This document shows positions 1 to 9,581 of a stretch of DNA of 56,771 nt, in pieces. Positions within the stretch are counted from its first letter, which is position 1. Each line of letters begins with the position of its first letter. Where the stretch lies: contig JAUYBU010000048.1 of NCBI GenBank assembly GCA_030693045.1, forward strand, positions 1 to 56,771, in the 5' to 3' direction. Position numbers and translations under genes: made by a program. This DNA comes from Bryobacterales bacterium. GTDB lineage: Bacteria > Acidobacteriota > Terriglobia > Bryobacterales > Bryobacteraceae. The notes beneath the pieces were generated by a model. It saw nothing but the letters and a program-made list of their open reading frames with translations, had not been told where the DNA came from and searched no databases.

Positions 1-107
1 AGCGAAGAGTGATCCAGGAAACCGGCGAACTCGGCGAAGGCGCGCTCGAAGTAAATGTTGTTCTCCCAGAGCGTATCGTCGGCGTCGATGATCAACTGCT
101 GCTGCAT
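1..107 (-). CDS. HAD-superfamily hydrolase (5' part; runs off the window edge)
   Basis: Not in the ORF track. The minus strand from ATG at 107 reads MQQQLIIDADDTLWENNIYFERAFAEF, containing the HAD motif I DxDxT. Confidence 0.8.
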   Translation of the reverse strand, partial: MQQQLIIDADDTLWENNIYFERAFAEFAGFLDHSS

Positions 108-116
108 CGGCGCGCT

Positions 117-743
117 CTACAGGCCCAGTTTGCCTTGCCCGGATCCGTTGGTCGGAGCGACGTTCTTGATGTGCACCACGCGTTGCTGGCGGGCCGCGTA
201 AAAGGGCAGAAACTCGGCCAGGTGCCGCATGCGCGCGGTCTCCGAGCGCATTCCCAGCAGCAGGTGACGGAACTGGATCTCGGGCACCGCTTGCGCGAGA
301 TGAAAACTGAGTTCGGGCGTTTCAAGGCCGGGCGTCTCCAGGTCGAGGCCCTGGATGGCTTTGAGCGCGGTGAAGGCGGTCAGCGCCTGCTCGCGCGCCG
401 CGATGGGCGCGGGAGCGGGGTCCAGATCGTCGAAGAACTGGACGGCGGCGCGCAGGTACGCCTTCTCTTCGTTCAACAGAACGACCTCGAAACGCCGGAC
501 GCCCAGTGCGACGATATCGAAGCGTCCGTCGGCGTGGCGCTGGGTGACCTCCAGAACCCGGGCCGTGCAGCCGAGGTTGACCACGCCCTTTTCGGTGGCC
601 ATGACCACGCCGAACGCGGAGCCGTCGCGAATCGCCTCGCCGATCATCTCGCGGTAGCGCGGCTCGATAATATGGAGCGGCAACCGGTTGTGCGGCAGCA
701 GCACGACACTCAGCGGGAACAGCGGCAAGAGATCGCCCTGCAT
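117..743 (-). CDS. LON peptidase substrate-binding (Lon N-terminal) domain protein
   Basis: LPLFPLSVVLLP...LHIIEPRYREMI signature; no ATPase or protease domain. Confidence 0.85.
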   Translation of the reverse strand: MQGDLLPLFPLSVVLLPHNRLPLHIIEPRYREMIGEAIRDGSAFGVVMATEKGVVNLGCTARVLEVTQRHADGRFDIVALGVRRFEVVLLNEEKAYLRAAVQFFDDLDPAPAPIAAREQALTAFTALKAIQGLDLETPGLETPELSFHLAQAVPEIQFRHLLLGMRSETARMRHLAEFLPFYAARQQRVVHIKNVAPTNGSGQGKLGL

Positions 744-787
744 GTTACCATTATGGCTTCCGAGCGCCCGGCGCGCTCGCCAGCCGC

Positions 788-1327
788 ATGATTTCGAGAC
801 TGAAGCGAACGCCTGGCATCTACCTGGTTGGCTTCATGGGCTCCGGCAAGTCGACCATCGGACGCCGCCTGGCGCAAGAGTTGGGCTGGACTTTCACCGA
901 TCTGGACCAGGATATCGAGTCGGCGCAGGGCCGCGCCATCTCGGCCATCTTCGAGCAGGATGGGGAAGAGGCGTTCCGCCGCATGGAGTCCCATGCGCTG
1001 GCCGTGCGCGTGCGCCAGGTCCGGGCGGGGACGCCGATGGTGCTGGCGCTCGGCGGCGGCGCATTCGCCGGCCAGACCAACCGCGACCTGCTCAAAGGCA
1101 ATGGCGTTTCGATCTGGCTGGACTGCCCTTTTGACTCGCTTTGGGAGCGCGTGTCGCGCGCCACGCACCGGCCGCTGGCGCGCGACCGCCGGCGCTTCGA
1201 GGAGCTGTACCAGGCGCGCCGCTCCAGTTACTCGCTGGCCGACTGCCGGATCGAGGTGTGCGGCGACAACCCCTTGGTTGCCGTCGCCGCGATTCTCGAA
1301 CTCCCCGAGTTCCACTCACTGACATGA
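788..1327 (+). CDS. aroK: Shikimate kinase
   Basis: GFMGSGKST Walker A, DLD, GEEAFRRME, LGGG and RPL motifs. Confidence 0.93.
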   Translation: MISRLKRTPGIYLVGFMGSGKSTIGRRLAQELGWTFTDLDQDIESAQGRAISAIFEQDGEEAFRRMESHALAVRVRQVRAGTPMVLALGGGAFAGQTNRDLLKGNGVSIWLDCPFDSLWERVSRATHRPLARDRRRFEELYQARRSSYSLADCRIEVCGDNPLVAVAAILELPEFHSLT

Positions 1328-2661
1328 CCGAAAAAACGCTTCGCAAACACGCTCTGGCGATCTTCCGCGCCGCGCTGGAGGCTTCCGATCCCGTCGAAGC
1401 CGTCCTGCGCCACGTACACGCGGAGGGCCGCTTCCTGGTGGCCGGAAAGCGCCGGTATGCGCTGGACCGGTTCCGCGAGATTCGCGTCATCGGCGCAGGC
1501 AAGGCCAGCGCGGCGATGGCGCGCGCGGTCGAGCGATTGCTCGGACGCCGGATCGCGGGCGGGTTGGTGAACGTCAAGTACGCTCACCTGGCGCCGGTCA
1601 AGCGCGTTGAGCTGAACGAGTGCGGCCATCCGCTGCCGGACGCCGCCGGAGTGGCGGGCGCGACGCGCATCGCCCGCATCGCCGAACAGGCCGGAGCGGA
1701 CGATTTGATCATCGCCCTGATGTCGGGCGGCGGATCGGCGCTGCTGCCGGCGCCCGCGCCGCCGGTCACGCTCGAGGAGAAACAGGCGGTCACAAAACTG
1801 CTGCTGGCCTGCGGGGCCAATATCCACGAGATCAACGCCGTGCGCAAACACATCTCGATGGTCAAGGGCGGGCAACTGGCGCGGCTGGCCTGGCCGGCGA
1901 CCACGCTGTGCCTGATGCTGAGCGACGTAATCGGCGACGATCTGGACGTCATCGCCAGCGGGCCCACGGCGCCGGACGCATCGACGTTCGCCTCCGCGCG
2001 CGCGATCCTGGACGGGTACGGGCTGCTGGATCGCATCCCGCTTTCGGTCCGCCAGCGCCTCGAGGCGGGCGTTGGCGGCGTTATCGCGGAAACTCCGAAG
2101 GCCGGCGACCCGGTCTTCTCGCGGGTCCAGAACCTGGTGGTGGGCAGCAACGCGCTGGCGGTGAACGCCGCCGCGCGGAAGGCGCGCGAACTGGGTTACC
2201 GCGCGCTGGTGCTGTCGTCGATGATCGAGGGGGAAACGCGCGATGTGGCGCGCGTGCACGCGGCCATCGCCAAACAGATGGTCGCCTCCGGCCAGCCGCT
2301 GAAGCCTCCCGCTTGCGTGATTTCGGGCGGCGAGACCACGGTCACGCTGAGCGGCGACGGCCTGGGCGGGCGCAACCAGGAATTCGCGCTGGCGGCGGCG
2401 ATCGACATCGCCGGGCTCGGCAATGTCCTGCTGCTGAGCGGCGGCACGGACGGCACCGACGGCCCCACCGACGCAGCCGGCGCGCTGGCCACCGGAGGCA
2501 CCATCCAACGCGCGCGGGTCGCCGGGCTCGACGCTCACGCCGCGCTGGCGCGCAACGACTCCTACCATTTCTTCGAGCCGCTCGGCGACCTCATCAAGAC
2601 CGGCCCGACCAACACCAACGTCATGGACGTGCGGCTGGTGCTGGCGGGCGGCGGAAGATAG
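1324..2661 (+). CDS. Glycerate kinase, MOFRL family (glycerate 2-kinase/hydroxypyruvate reductase type)
   Basis: GAGKA, GHPLPD, SGGGSAL, KGGQLA, SDVIGD, GGETTV, GGRNQE, TDGTDG and TGPTNTNVMD motifs. ATG at 1324 overlaps the aroK stop. Confidence 0.9.
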   Translation: MTEKTLRKHALAIFRAALEASDPVEAVLRHVHAEGRFLVAGKRRYALDRFREIRVIGAGKASAAMARAVERLLGRRIAGGLVNVKYAHLAPVKRVELNECGHPLPDAAGVAGATRIARIAEQAGADDLIIALMSGGGSALLPAPAPPVTLEEKQAVTKLLLACGANIHEINAVRKHISMVKGGQLARLAWPATTLCLMLSDVIGDDLDVIASGPTAPDASTFASARAILDGYGLLDRIPLSVRQRLEAGVGGVIAETPKAGDPVFSRVQNLVVGSNALAVNAAARKARELGYRALVLSSMIEGETRDVARVHAAIAKQMVASGQPLKPPACVISGGETTVTLSGDGLGGRNQEFALAAAIDIAGLGNVLLLSGGTDGTDGPTDAAGALATGGTIQRARVAGLDAHAALARNDSYHFFEPLGDLIKTGPTNTNVMDVRLVLAGGGR

Positions 2662-2675
2662 CAGGGAGGGTTATC

Positions 2676-3767
2676 GTGAAACGACGTCATTTTCTGGCAG
2701 CCCTGAGCGCGGGAGTGGCGGCCGCCGCCCCGCCCAAGAGCGCCATTCCCCGCTGGCGCGGCTTCAACCTCCTGGACTTTTTCCAGGCCTTTACCCGCGA
2801 AGGGCGGCGCCCCGCGCCCACCTCGGAGGACGAGTTCCGCTGGGTTCGCGACTGGGGCTTCAACTTCATCCGCATCCCCATGGACTACTGGCTGTGGATC
2901 GACACCGACTGGCTGAAAACCAGGAAACTCGAGCCGGACGACATGTACAGGATCAAGCCCGGCACGTTCGACGATATAGACCGGATCGTCGAGCTGGGAC
3001 GCAAGTTCGGTCTGCACGTCAACCTGAACTTCCACCGCGCACCCGGCTACTGCGTCAACAACGCCGAGCGCGAGCCGTTCGTGCTATGGAGCGACAAGCG
3101 CGCCGAGGACGCCTTCGTCCACCACTGGGCCATCTTCGCCCAGCGTTACAAAGGCGTCTCGGAGTACGACCTGAGCTTCAACCTGATCAACGAACCGCCG
3201 CGGCCGCGCGAGGGCTACCTGACCCGTGAGGACCACTACCGGGTGATGCGGCGGGCGACCGAGGAGATCCGCTCGATCAGCCCGAAGCGGCTGATTATCG
3301 TCGACGCTCTCGGTGGCACGGTGGTGGACGAGATGATCCCGGCCGGCGTGGCGCAGAGTGTCCACGCCTACTGGCCGGGTCAGGTCAGCCACTACCGCGC
3401 CTCCTGGGTGGACAAGGAATCGAAGTTCCCGATGCCCACGTGGCCGATCCTGGCCGAGGACGGCTCGGTCAAGATGGGCCGCGGGCAGCTCGACGATCGC
3501 TACGCGCCCTGGGCGGAACTGGCGAAGCAGGGCATCGGCGTGCATTGCGGTGAAGTGGGCTGCTACAACCGCACACCGCATGGAGTGGCCCTGGCCTGGC
3601 TCGAAGACGTCTTCCAGATCCTTTCCGGACACGGCATTGGTTTTGCGCTTTGGAACCTGCCCGGCGGCTTCGGCGTGCTGGACTCCGGCCGCGACGACGT
3701 GGCCTACGAAGACTGGTACGGGCGCAAGCTCGACCGCAAGCTGCTGGCACTGATGCAGAAGTACTGA
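2676..3767 (+). CDS. Glycoside hydrolase family 5 (cellulase family), twin-arginine signal
   Basis: GTG start after GGGAGG; KRRHFL leader; WRGFNL, GFNFIRIP, HRAPG, NEP (acid/base), CGEVG (nucleophile) and WN motifs. Confidence 0.85.
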   Translation: MKRRHFLAALSAGVAAAAPPKSAIPRWRGFNLLDFFQAFTREGRRPAPTSEDEFRWVRDWGFNFIRIPMDYWLWIDTDWLKTRKLEPDDMYRIKPGTFDDIDRIVELGRKFGLHVNLNFHRAPGYCVNNAEREPFVLWSDKRAEDAFVHHWAIFAQRYKGVSEYDLSFNLINEPPRPREGYLTREDHYRVMRRATEEIRSISPKRLIIVDALGGTVVDEMIPAGVAQSVHAYWPGQVSHYRASWVDKESKFPMPTWPILAEDGSVKMGRGQLDDRYAPWAELAKQGIGVHCGEVGCYNRTPHGVALAWLEDVFQILSGHGIGFALWNLPGGFGVLDSGRDDVAYEDWYGRKLDRKLLALMQKY

Positions 3768-3772
3768 GGAGC

Positions 3773-4765
3773 GTGATTGTGATCCACCGATTCATCCTGG
3801 CCGTCTGCCTGTTCCTGGTTTCGGCCAACGCGCGCGAAATCACCGTCTCCGGAACGCGCTTCCTCATTGACGGCAAGCCGTTCCCATACACCGGCATAAG
3901 CTTTTTCAACGCCATCTACAATCCGGCGTTCAACCGGAGCGGCGAAGAACGGGCGAAGTGGCTCGAGAAGTTCCAGCGCTACGGTATCAACGTTCTCCGG
4001 GTGTGGTCGCAGTGGGATTCCAAGCGCGGCTTTGTCGACGCCTGCCCGGAGTGCACGCTCTACTATCCCGACGGGCGTCTGCGCGAAGCCAGCCTCGAAC
4101 GGCTCAAACAGATCGCCGCCGATGCCGACCGCGCCGGCATGGTGATTGAGCTTGTTCTGTTCTCGCAGGAAAGCTGGCACGACCAGATCCGCCTGGGGCC
4201 GGCGGAGTCCGACCGCGCCGTCGCCGCCATAACGCGCGAGTTGAGGCCCTGGCGCAACCTGACCTTTCAGGTCTGGAACGAGTTCTCCGAACGCGTGCTC
4301 GACCACATCAAGACCATCCGGGCCAGCGATCCAAAGCGCCTGGTGACCAACTCCCCCGGTTTCGCCGGAGTGCTCGGCGACCAGGAGCAGAACCGCGCCG
4401 TCGACTACCTGACGCCGCACACCTCGCGCCAGGGGGCGGGCAAAACCTGGGAGATTGCGCCGAAAGAGATCGAGTACCTGCTGGCGCGCTACCGCAAGCC
4501 CGTAGTGGATGACGAGCCCGCGCGCAACGGCACGCCCAACTTCGGCGGGCCGAAAGAGCGGACCTGGCCGGCGGACCACATCGTACAGATCTACCAGGTG
4601 TGGCAGGCCGGGGCGCACATCACCTACCACCACGATATGTTCCAGACCGGCTACCATTCGCCCGCCGTGCCGCCGTCCGGCGTCCCGGACCCCGAGTTCA
4701 GCCCCTATCACGGCGCGGTGTTCGAGTTCATCGCGTTGCGCGAACGCTACATGCCGGCGCGCTGA
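3773..4765 (+). CDS. Secreted clan GH-A-like TIM-barrel glycoside hydrolase (putative)
   Basis: Signal peptide; RFLIDGKPF, GINVLRVW, WNEF and DDEP resemble GH-A catalytic positions. Confidence 0.6.
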   Translation: MIVIHRFILAVCLFLVSANAREITVSGTRFLIDGKPFPYTGISFFNAIYNPAFNRSGEERAKWLEKFQRYGINVLRVWSQWDSKRGFVDACPECTLYYPDGRLREASLERLKQIAADADRAGMVIELVLFSQESWHDQIRLGPAESDRAVAAITRELRPWRNLTFQVWNEFSERVLDHIKTIRASDPKRLVTNSPGFAGVLGDQEQNRAVDYLTPHTSRQGAGKTWEIAPKEIEYLLARYRKPVVDDEPARNGTPNFGGPKERTWPADHIVQIYQVWQAGAHITYHHDMFQTGYHSPAVPPSGVPDPEFSPYHGAVFEFIALRERYMPAR

Positions 4766-4807
4766 CCCGCGCGGGCCCCGCGGCGCGGTCCGCTACAATG
4801 GAAGCAA

Positions 4808-5641
4808 GTGGACAAACGCCGCATGTGCCCGCACTGCCGGGCCTTCATCACTACCAGCGACCGCATCTGCCCGTACTGCGAAACCGCGGTCGGGCCGCGC
4901 GCAATCGACCGCCTGAATCCGGGCGGAGTCCTGGCGGGGTTCATCCCGCACGCCCGTTTCGTCACCGTGATGATCCTGACGATCAACGTGGGGATGTATC
5001 TGGCGACCATGTTGTTCAGCATGCGCGCGGGCTTCGACGCGATGATGGACATCGACGGCCGCACCCTGTTCATGTTCGGCGCCAAGCATCGCGAGGCGAT
5101 CTTCCTCGGGCAGTGGTGGCGCCTGGTGACCGCCGGTTTTCTGCACGGCGGGCTGTTCCACATCCTCATGAATTCCTGGGTGCTGTTCGACCTGGGCGCG
5201 CAGGTCGAGGAAATTTACGGACAGAAGCGGCTGATCGTCATCTACTTCGTTTCGACGATCGCCGGCTTTTTCGCCAGCGCGCTGTGGACTCCGGCGCTCT
5301 CGATCGGCGCTTCGGCGGGCGTGTTTGGGCTGATCGGCGCCATGATCGCGCTGGGCGCCAAGAGCAGCACGCCGCTCGGCGCGGCTATTAAGGCGCACTA
5401 CCTGCGCTGGGCCGTTTACGGCCTGCTGATGGGATTCCTTCCGTTCTTTCGCGCCGACAATGCGGCGCACCTGGGAGGCCTGGCCGCGGGCTTCGGTTGC
5501 GCCTGGATCGCCGGCATACCGCGCCTGCTCCCCGACGACTGGAGGGAGCGCATCTGGACCGCGCTCACCGCCGTTGCGCTGGCGCTGACGGCGGGTTCGT
5601 TCCTGCTGATGTTCCTGTGGTTTACGGTGTCGTCGAAGTAG
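4808..5641 (+). CDS. Rhomboid intramembrane serine protease with N-terminal zinc ribbon
   Basis: CPHC...CPYC; WWRLVT..FLH, HILMN, GASAG (catalytic Ser), AHLGG (catalytic His). Confidence 0.9.
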   Translation: MDKRRMCPHCRAFITTSDRICPYCETAVGPRAIDRLNPGGVLAGFIPHARFVTVMILTINVGMYLATMLFSMRAGFDAMMDIDGRTLFMFGAKHREAIFLGQWWRLVTAGFLHGGLFHILMNSWVLFDLGAQVEEIYGQKRLIVIYFVSTIAGFFASALWTPALSIGASAGVFGLIGAMIALGAKSSTPLGAAIKAHYLRWAVYGLLMGFLPFFRADNAAHLGGLAAGFGCAWIAGIPRLLPDDWRERIWTALTAVALALTAGSFLLMFLWFTVSSK

Positions 5642-6152
5642 CCGCGCCGCTTACCGCAACCCGCAGCGCTTCGCGGCAGAAGGCCGGCAGATCGTCGGGC
5701 TTGCGCGAGGTCACCAGGTTCCGGTCCACCACCACTTCGGCGTCTTCATACAGGCCGCCGGCGTTGATCACGTCGTCCTGAATGGCGAAAAAGCAGGTCG
5801 CGCGCCGCCCGCGCAGGATCCCCGCCGAACACAGAACCCACAGGCCGTGGCAAATGGCCGCCACCAGCTTGCCTTGGACGTCCATGTCCTTCACGAACTG
5901 CTTGGCTTTCGAATACCGGCGGATGAAATCCGGCGCGAATCCGCCGGGCACCACTACGCCGTCGAAATCCGAGGCGCTGACCTGCTCATACGACTTCTCG
6001 CTCACCACCGGGTAGCCCAGCTTGCTGGTGTAAGTCTCACCTGCCCTGGCGCCGATGATGACGACCTCCGCCCCCGCTTCCCGGAACCGGTAGAGCGGGT
6101 ACCAAACCTCCATCTCCTGGTAAATATTGTCAACCAGAATCGCGATGCGCAT
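5622..6152 (-). CDS. pfpI: PfpI/DJ-1 family protein (type 1 glutamine amidotransferase-like)
   Basis: YQEMEVWYP, VPGGFAPD, AAICHG and NLVTSRKPDDLPAF motifs. Confidence 0.9.
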   Translation of the reverse strand: MRIAILVDNIYQEMEVWYPLYRFREAGAEVVIIGARAGETYTSKLGYPVVSEKSYEQVSASDFDGVVVPGGFAPDFIRRYSKAKQFVKDMDVQGKLVAAICHGLWVLCSAGILRGRRATCFFAIQDDVINAGGLYEDAEVVVDRNLVTSRKPDDLPAFCREALRVAVSGAATSTTP

Positions 6153-6168
6153 ACCGCCATTGTAACAG

Positions 6169-6292
6169 CTAGGGACAGAGGCACCCTCAACACAACTAGG
6201 GACAGAGGCACCCTCAGCGCCTGAGGGGAGTAGCCAAGAGACAGGGACGGGAGTACACCCAGCGTCAAAGAGGGTGCCTCTGTCCCTAGTTG
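6169..6292. repeat. REP/MITE-like element: 20-bp direct repeat plus 23-bp perfect inverted repeat
   Basis: CTAGGGACAGAGGCACCCTC at 6169-6188 and 6196-6215; 6193-6215 is the exact reverse complement of 6270-6292. Confidence 0.85.
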
Positions 6293-6802
6293 CTACAGCG
6301 GGGGGGGGAGCGTCAACGAGGCTTTCGTCAGTGAGCGCTGAAGCAGGTCGGAGGCTTCCTGCGGGCGCATGGCCCTGGATATCGACAACTCGGAGATGAG
6401 CATCTGCCGCGCGCGGTCCAGCATCTTCTTCTCGCGGAAGGAAAGCGGCTTGTCTCGCTGGAGGATCAGAAGGGTCTTCAACACCTCCGCGATCTCAAAC
6501 AGGCTCCCGCCTCGCATCTTCTCGGAGTTCTCCTTGAAACGGCCCTTCCAGTCGCTGCAAAACCGGCAACCGTTGTTCGAGAGGAAAAGCAGAATCCGGC
6601 CGATTTCCCCGTTCCGGGTCACTCGCCGCAGACCGACCTCTTCCACGTGCGAGAAGGGAACCATGACGGTCATGGTGCTGTAGGAAAGCCGAAGAAGGTA
6701 GAACCTCTCGAACTGGACCCCAGAGGGCCGGGTGGTGATGTTCTCAATCGTGCCGACGCCCTGATTGGGGTAGACTACCTTCTCCCCGATACGAAAGGTC
6801 AT
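6293..6802 (-). CDS. carD: CarD family transcription regulator
   Basis: FRIGEKVVYPNQGVGTI, VMVP...GLR, WKGRFKEN and LSFREKKMLDRAR motifs. Confidence 0.9.
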   Translation of the reverse strand: MTFRIGEKVVYPNQGVGTIENITTRPSGVQFERFYLLRLSYSTMTVMVPFSHVEEVGLRRVTRNGEIGRILLFLSNNGCRFCSDWKGRFKENSEKMRGGSLFEIAEVLKTLLILQRDKPLSFREKKMLDRARQMLISELSISRAMRPQEASDLLQRSLTKASLTLPPPL

Positions 6803-6862
6803 GTACGGACCCCTGTACACCAGATTGTAGTTGCTGCTTACACCGTCAAAACCTGAAGGAGA

Positions 6863-6891
6863 ATCTTAATCTGAACTTATGCCGATGTCAA
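6863..6891 (-). promoter_or_regulatory. Sigma-70-type promoter for carD
   Basis: Minus strand TTGACA-N17-TAAGAT in an AT-rich intergenic region about 60 bp upstream of the start. Confidence 0.7.
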
Positions 6892-7134
6892 CAGAAAAGT
6901 CGGCCAACTGCAATAATGACAGGCTCTTCCACCTGGTTTTCGCATTGCGCGCCTGAAAACCCAAAAGAACTACCGTTTTTGGTAGAAGAATATGAATTCT
7001 AACTATTCACCTGGCCGAGGTGTACAGGAACTCGGACCGAAAAGGCCCGTGCTGAGGCGTGCCTCGCCCCAGCATTGCCTTGCGGCGACACCCGTAGAGG
7101 TCGGAGATATCCGACCCGATTTGCCCGGCCCAGG

Positions 7135-7971
7135 TCAGACCATGAGGCGGCGGATGAAGGTCAGGTTCCGCTTCATGTCGGCCTCGACCGAGCCTGAAGG
7201 AGAGGACGTTTCCAGGTTCAGGAAGCCTTCATAACCGATGTCGCGGATGGTCTTCATGACCAGTTGAAAGTCGATCTTGCCCTCACCCATGTAGCCCTTG
7301 TCCTTCAGGTGAATCTGGCCGATCCGCTTGGCGCCCAGCCAGCGCATCTCCTTGATGATGTCAAACCCGTTGTTGAGGGAATTCCCCACATCATAGTAGG
7401 TTTTGACGGCTTTTGAGCGCGACCGCTCCATGATCCCAACATTGTCCTCGGCGGAAATGGTGTCTTCCAAGGCGAGTATGACCTTGGCCTTTTCGGCTTC
7501 CTTTCCAAGCTCCCGCAGGACGTCGCCGACGTAGTCCTTCTCCTCTTTCGTCGTGAGCGCGCCCTTGCCGAAGCACGGCATCAGCATCACCTTGGCGTCC
7601 AGCTTCTTGGTGATGCGAATGCCATCGGCCACCCATTTCAGGCCAAGCTTATCATTCTTAAGGTAGTTAACGTGAAGAATGTCGAGGCATGTCCCGGCCA
7701 GCCGGATCTTCTGCTTCTTGGCCTCGGCCAGGTACTTGGCCTGGATTTCGGGGTTGTCCATCGGCAGTTTGTCATTGGCTGGCTTTCTGCCGAGACTGAC
7801 CTCGACGCCCTCGAATCCGAGATTCGCGGCCAGCGCGAGGGCCTCGATCTGGCCCGCCTTGCGCAGGTTCCAGTCGGTCACGCCGATGCGCAACGTCTTG
7901 CCGGCGGCAATCATGGGGCCGGCGGCGGCTGTCACCGCTCCGGTGATAAGGAATTCTCTTCGTAGCATCAT
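7135..7971 (-). CDS. Sugar phosphate isomerase/epimerase (xylose isomerase-like TIM barrel), Tat signal
   Basis: RREFL leader; GFEGVEV, LALED, YYDVGN, IHLKD and LNLET motifs. Confidence 0.85.
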   Translation of the reverse strand: MMLRREFLITGAVTAAAGPMIAAGKTLRIGVTDWNLRKAGQIEALALAANLGFEGVEVSLGRKPANDKLPMDNPEIQAKYLAEAKKQKIRLAGTCLDILHVNYLKNDKLGLKWVADGIRITKKLDAKVMLMPCFGKGALTTKEEKDYVGDVLRELGKEAEKAKVILALEDTISAEDNVGIMERSRSKAVKTYYDVGNSLNNGFDIIKEMRWLGAKRIGQIHLKDKGYMGEGKIDFQLVMKTIRDIGYEGFLNLETSSPSGSVEADMKRNLTFIRRLMV

Positions 7972-7993
7972 AAGGGTTCACTCCATCTTGGAC

Positions 7994-9046
7994 TCACTTG
8001 GGAATCTCCGCAAGCGGGATTTCGACGTGCCGGATTTTCACCCGTTTCCACGTGTAGGTAATGTGGACGTTGCCGTCCGCGCTCTGGATCACCGCGGGAT
8101 AGGAAAACTCGCCCGCCTCGGTCTCCAGCGCCAGAAAGCTGTTCCAGTTGTCGCCGTCGCTCGAGACGGCCACGTTAATTGGGCTCCGTCCCCGATTGGT
8201 GTGGTTGTACACCAGGAGGACCCGGCCGTCGCGGAGCCCCACCGTGTCGATGCCGCTATTCGGATTGGGGAGCGACGTAGCCCGGGCGGCGGTCCAGGTG
8301 CGGCCTCCATCGGCCGAATCCGCGAACGACACATAGCCGATGTCGGCTGTCGCACGCACGAACATCCGAAGCTTCCCGCCCTTGAGCGGAACGATGGCCG
8401 GCTGGATAGTGCCGTGGGTCGAGCGCCAGGCGCCCGAATCGGGAACCGTGGCGGGGCCCCCCTCGCCCGGCGACGCCGGCGCGGGAGCGGTGATCGGCCC
8501 GTGCTTGCTCCAGCTTCGGCCGTTGTCCGTGCTCCGTTCCACCCAACAGGCCCAGGAACGGTAACTCTCCACCGACGTTCCACTTACCACCGTTCCATCC
8601 GGCAGCACCAGCGGCTTATTCTTGATGGGGCCCAGCAGGCCGGCCGGCAGGTGTTCCACCCCCGACCAGGTCTTGCCCCGGTCGCCGCTCGACAGGCGTG
8701 CCGCGGTCCAGGTCTGCGGGCTCGGACCGAACTTGTAGTACAGCCACAAAACCTGGTCTTTGGTGAAAAACAGCACCGGGTTGTAGGCGGCAATGTTCGG
8801 CTCGCGCGCCATTTCAAATGGCTCGGACCAGCCCGAAGCCGTCCGGCGCGCGCCCCAGACGGCGACGTCGGGCTTGCCTTCGGCGGCGCCGCCGAACCAG
8901 GCGGCCAGAAATTCGCCAGGGCTGGTTTCCACGATGGTGGAGGCGTGGCAGGAGGGGAACGGAGCTTTCTCGTAAATGAACTCGCGCCTCGGCTCGGCCA
9001 TCGCCAGAGCGCCAGCCAGCACAAACGCCGCGGTCAATGTCTTCAT
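7994..9046 (-). CDS. Exo-alpha-sialidase-like BNR/Asp-box repeat protein, secreted
   Basis: Signal peptide; CHASTI, GPIKNKP, repeated S-x-D-x-G-x-T/S-W Asp boxes, NPNSGID and FSYPA. Confidence 0.85.
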   Translation of the reverse strand: MKTLTAAFVLAGALAMAEPRREFIYEKAPFPSCHASTIVETSPGEFLAAWFGGAAEGKPDVAVWGARRTASGWSEPFEMAREPNIAAYNPVLFFTKDQVLWLYYKFGPSPQTWTAARLSSGDRGKTWSGVEHLPAGLLGPIKNKPLVLPDGTVVSGTSVESYRSWACWVERSTDNGRSWSKHGPITAPAPASPGEGGPATVPDSGAWRSTHGTIQPAIVPLKGGKLRMFVRATADIGYVSFADSADGGRTWTAARATSLPNPNSGIDTVGLRDGRVLLVYNHTNRGRSPINVAVSSDGDNWNSFLALETEAGEFSYPAVIQSADGNVHITYTWKRVKIRHVEIPLAEIPK

Positions 9047-9113
9047 TACGTCTAATCTAGCGCATCCCGGCCGTGCCCCAGGCGGTTGGTTTTCGCTACA
9101 CTCCAAAGCGGGG

Positions 9114-9581
9114 ATGAATTCGGCGCGTCGCGTTGTCGTTCTGGTGGGCCTGCCCGGCTCGGGCAAGTCGAGCTATGTGGAACGCCTCGGCGTGACGCCG
9201 CTCTCGTCCGACCATCTGCGGCTTCTGCTGGCCGACGATGCGACGGACCAGAGCATCCACCGCGAGGTCTTCGCCACGCTCCGCTACCTGGTGCGGCGGC
9301 GCTTGGCGCTGGGCCGCGCGGTGACCTGGATTGACGCCACCAACCTGACTCCCGGAGAAAGGCGGCCCTATATTAAGCTTGCCGGTCTCTACGGGTGCGT
9401 GGCCGAGGCCGTGTTCTTCGACGTTCCGCTCGAGGTTTGCATGGAGCGCAATCGCCGCCGCGAACGCGTCGTACCGGAAGAGGCGATGCGGAAACTGGCG
9501 GCGCGCCTGGTCCCGCCATCGCTCGAGGAAGGCTTCGCCAAAATCACCGTGATCAATGCCGGAAGTGGCGAACTCCGGTGA
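9114..9581 (+). CDS. AAA_33/polynucleotide-kinase-like P-loop kinase
   Basis: GLPGSGKSS, SSDHLR, IDATNL and RNRRRERVVP motifs. Confidence 0.8.
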   Translation: MNSARRVVVLVGLPGSGKSSYVERLGVTPLSSDHLRLLLADDATDQSIHREVFATLRYLVRRRLALGRAVTWIDATNLTPGERRPYIKLAGLYGCVAEAVFFDVPLEVCMERNRRRERVVPEEAMRKLAARLVPPSLEEGFAKITVINAGSGELR

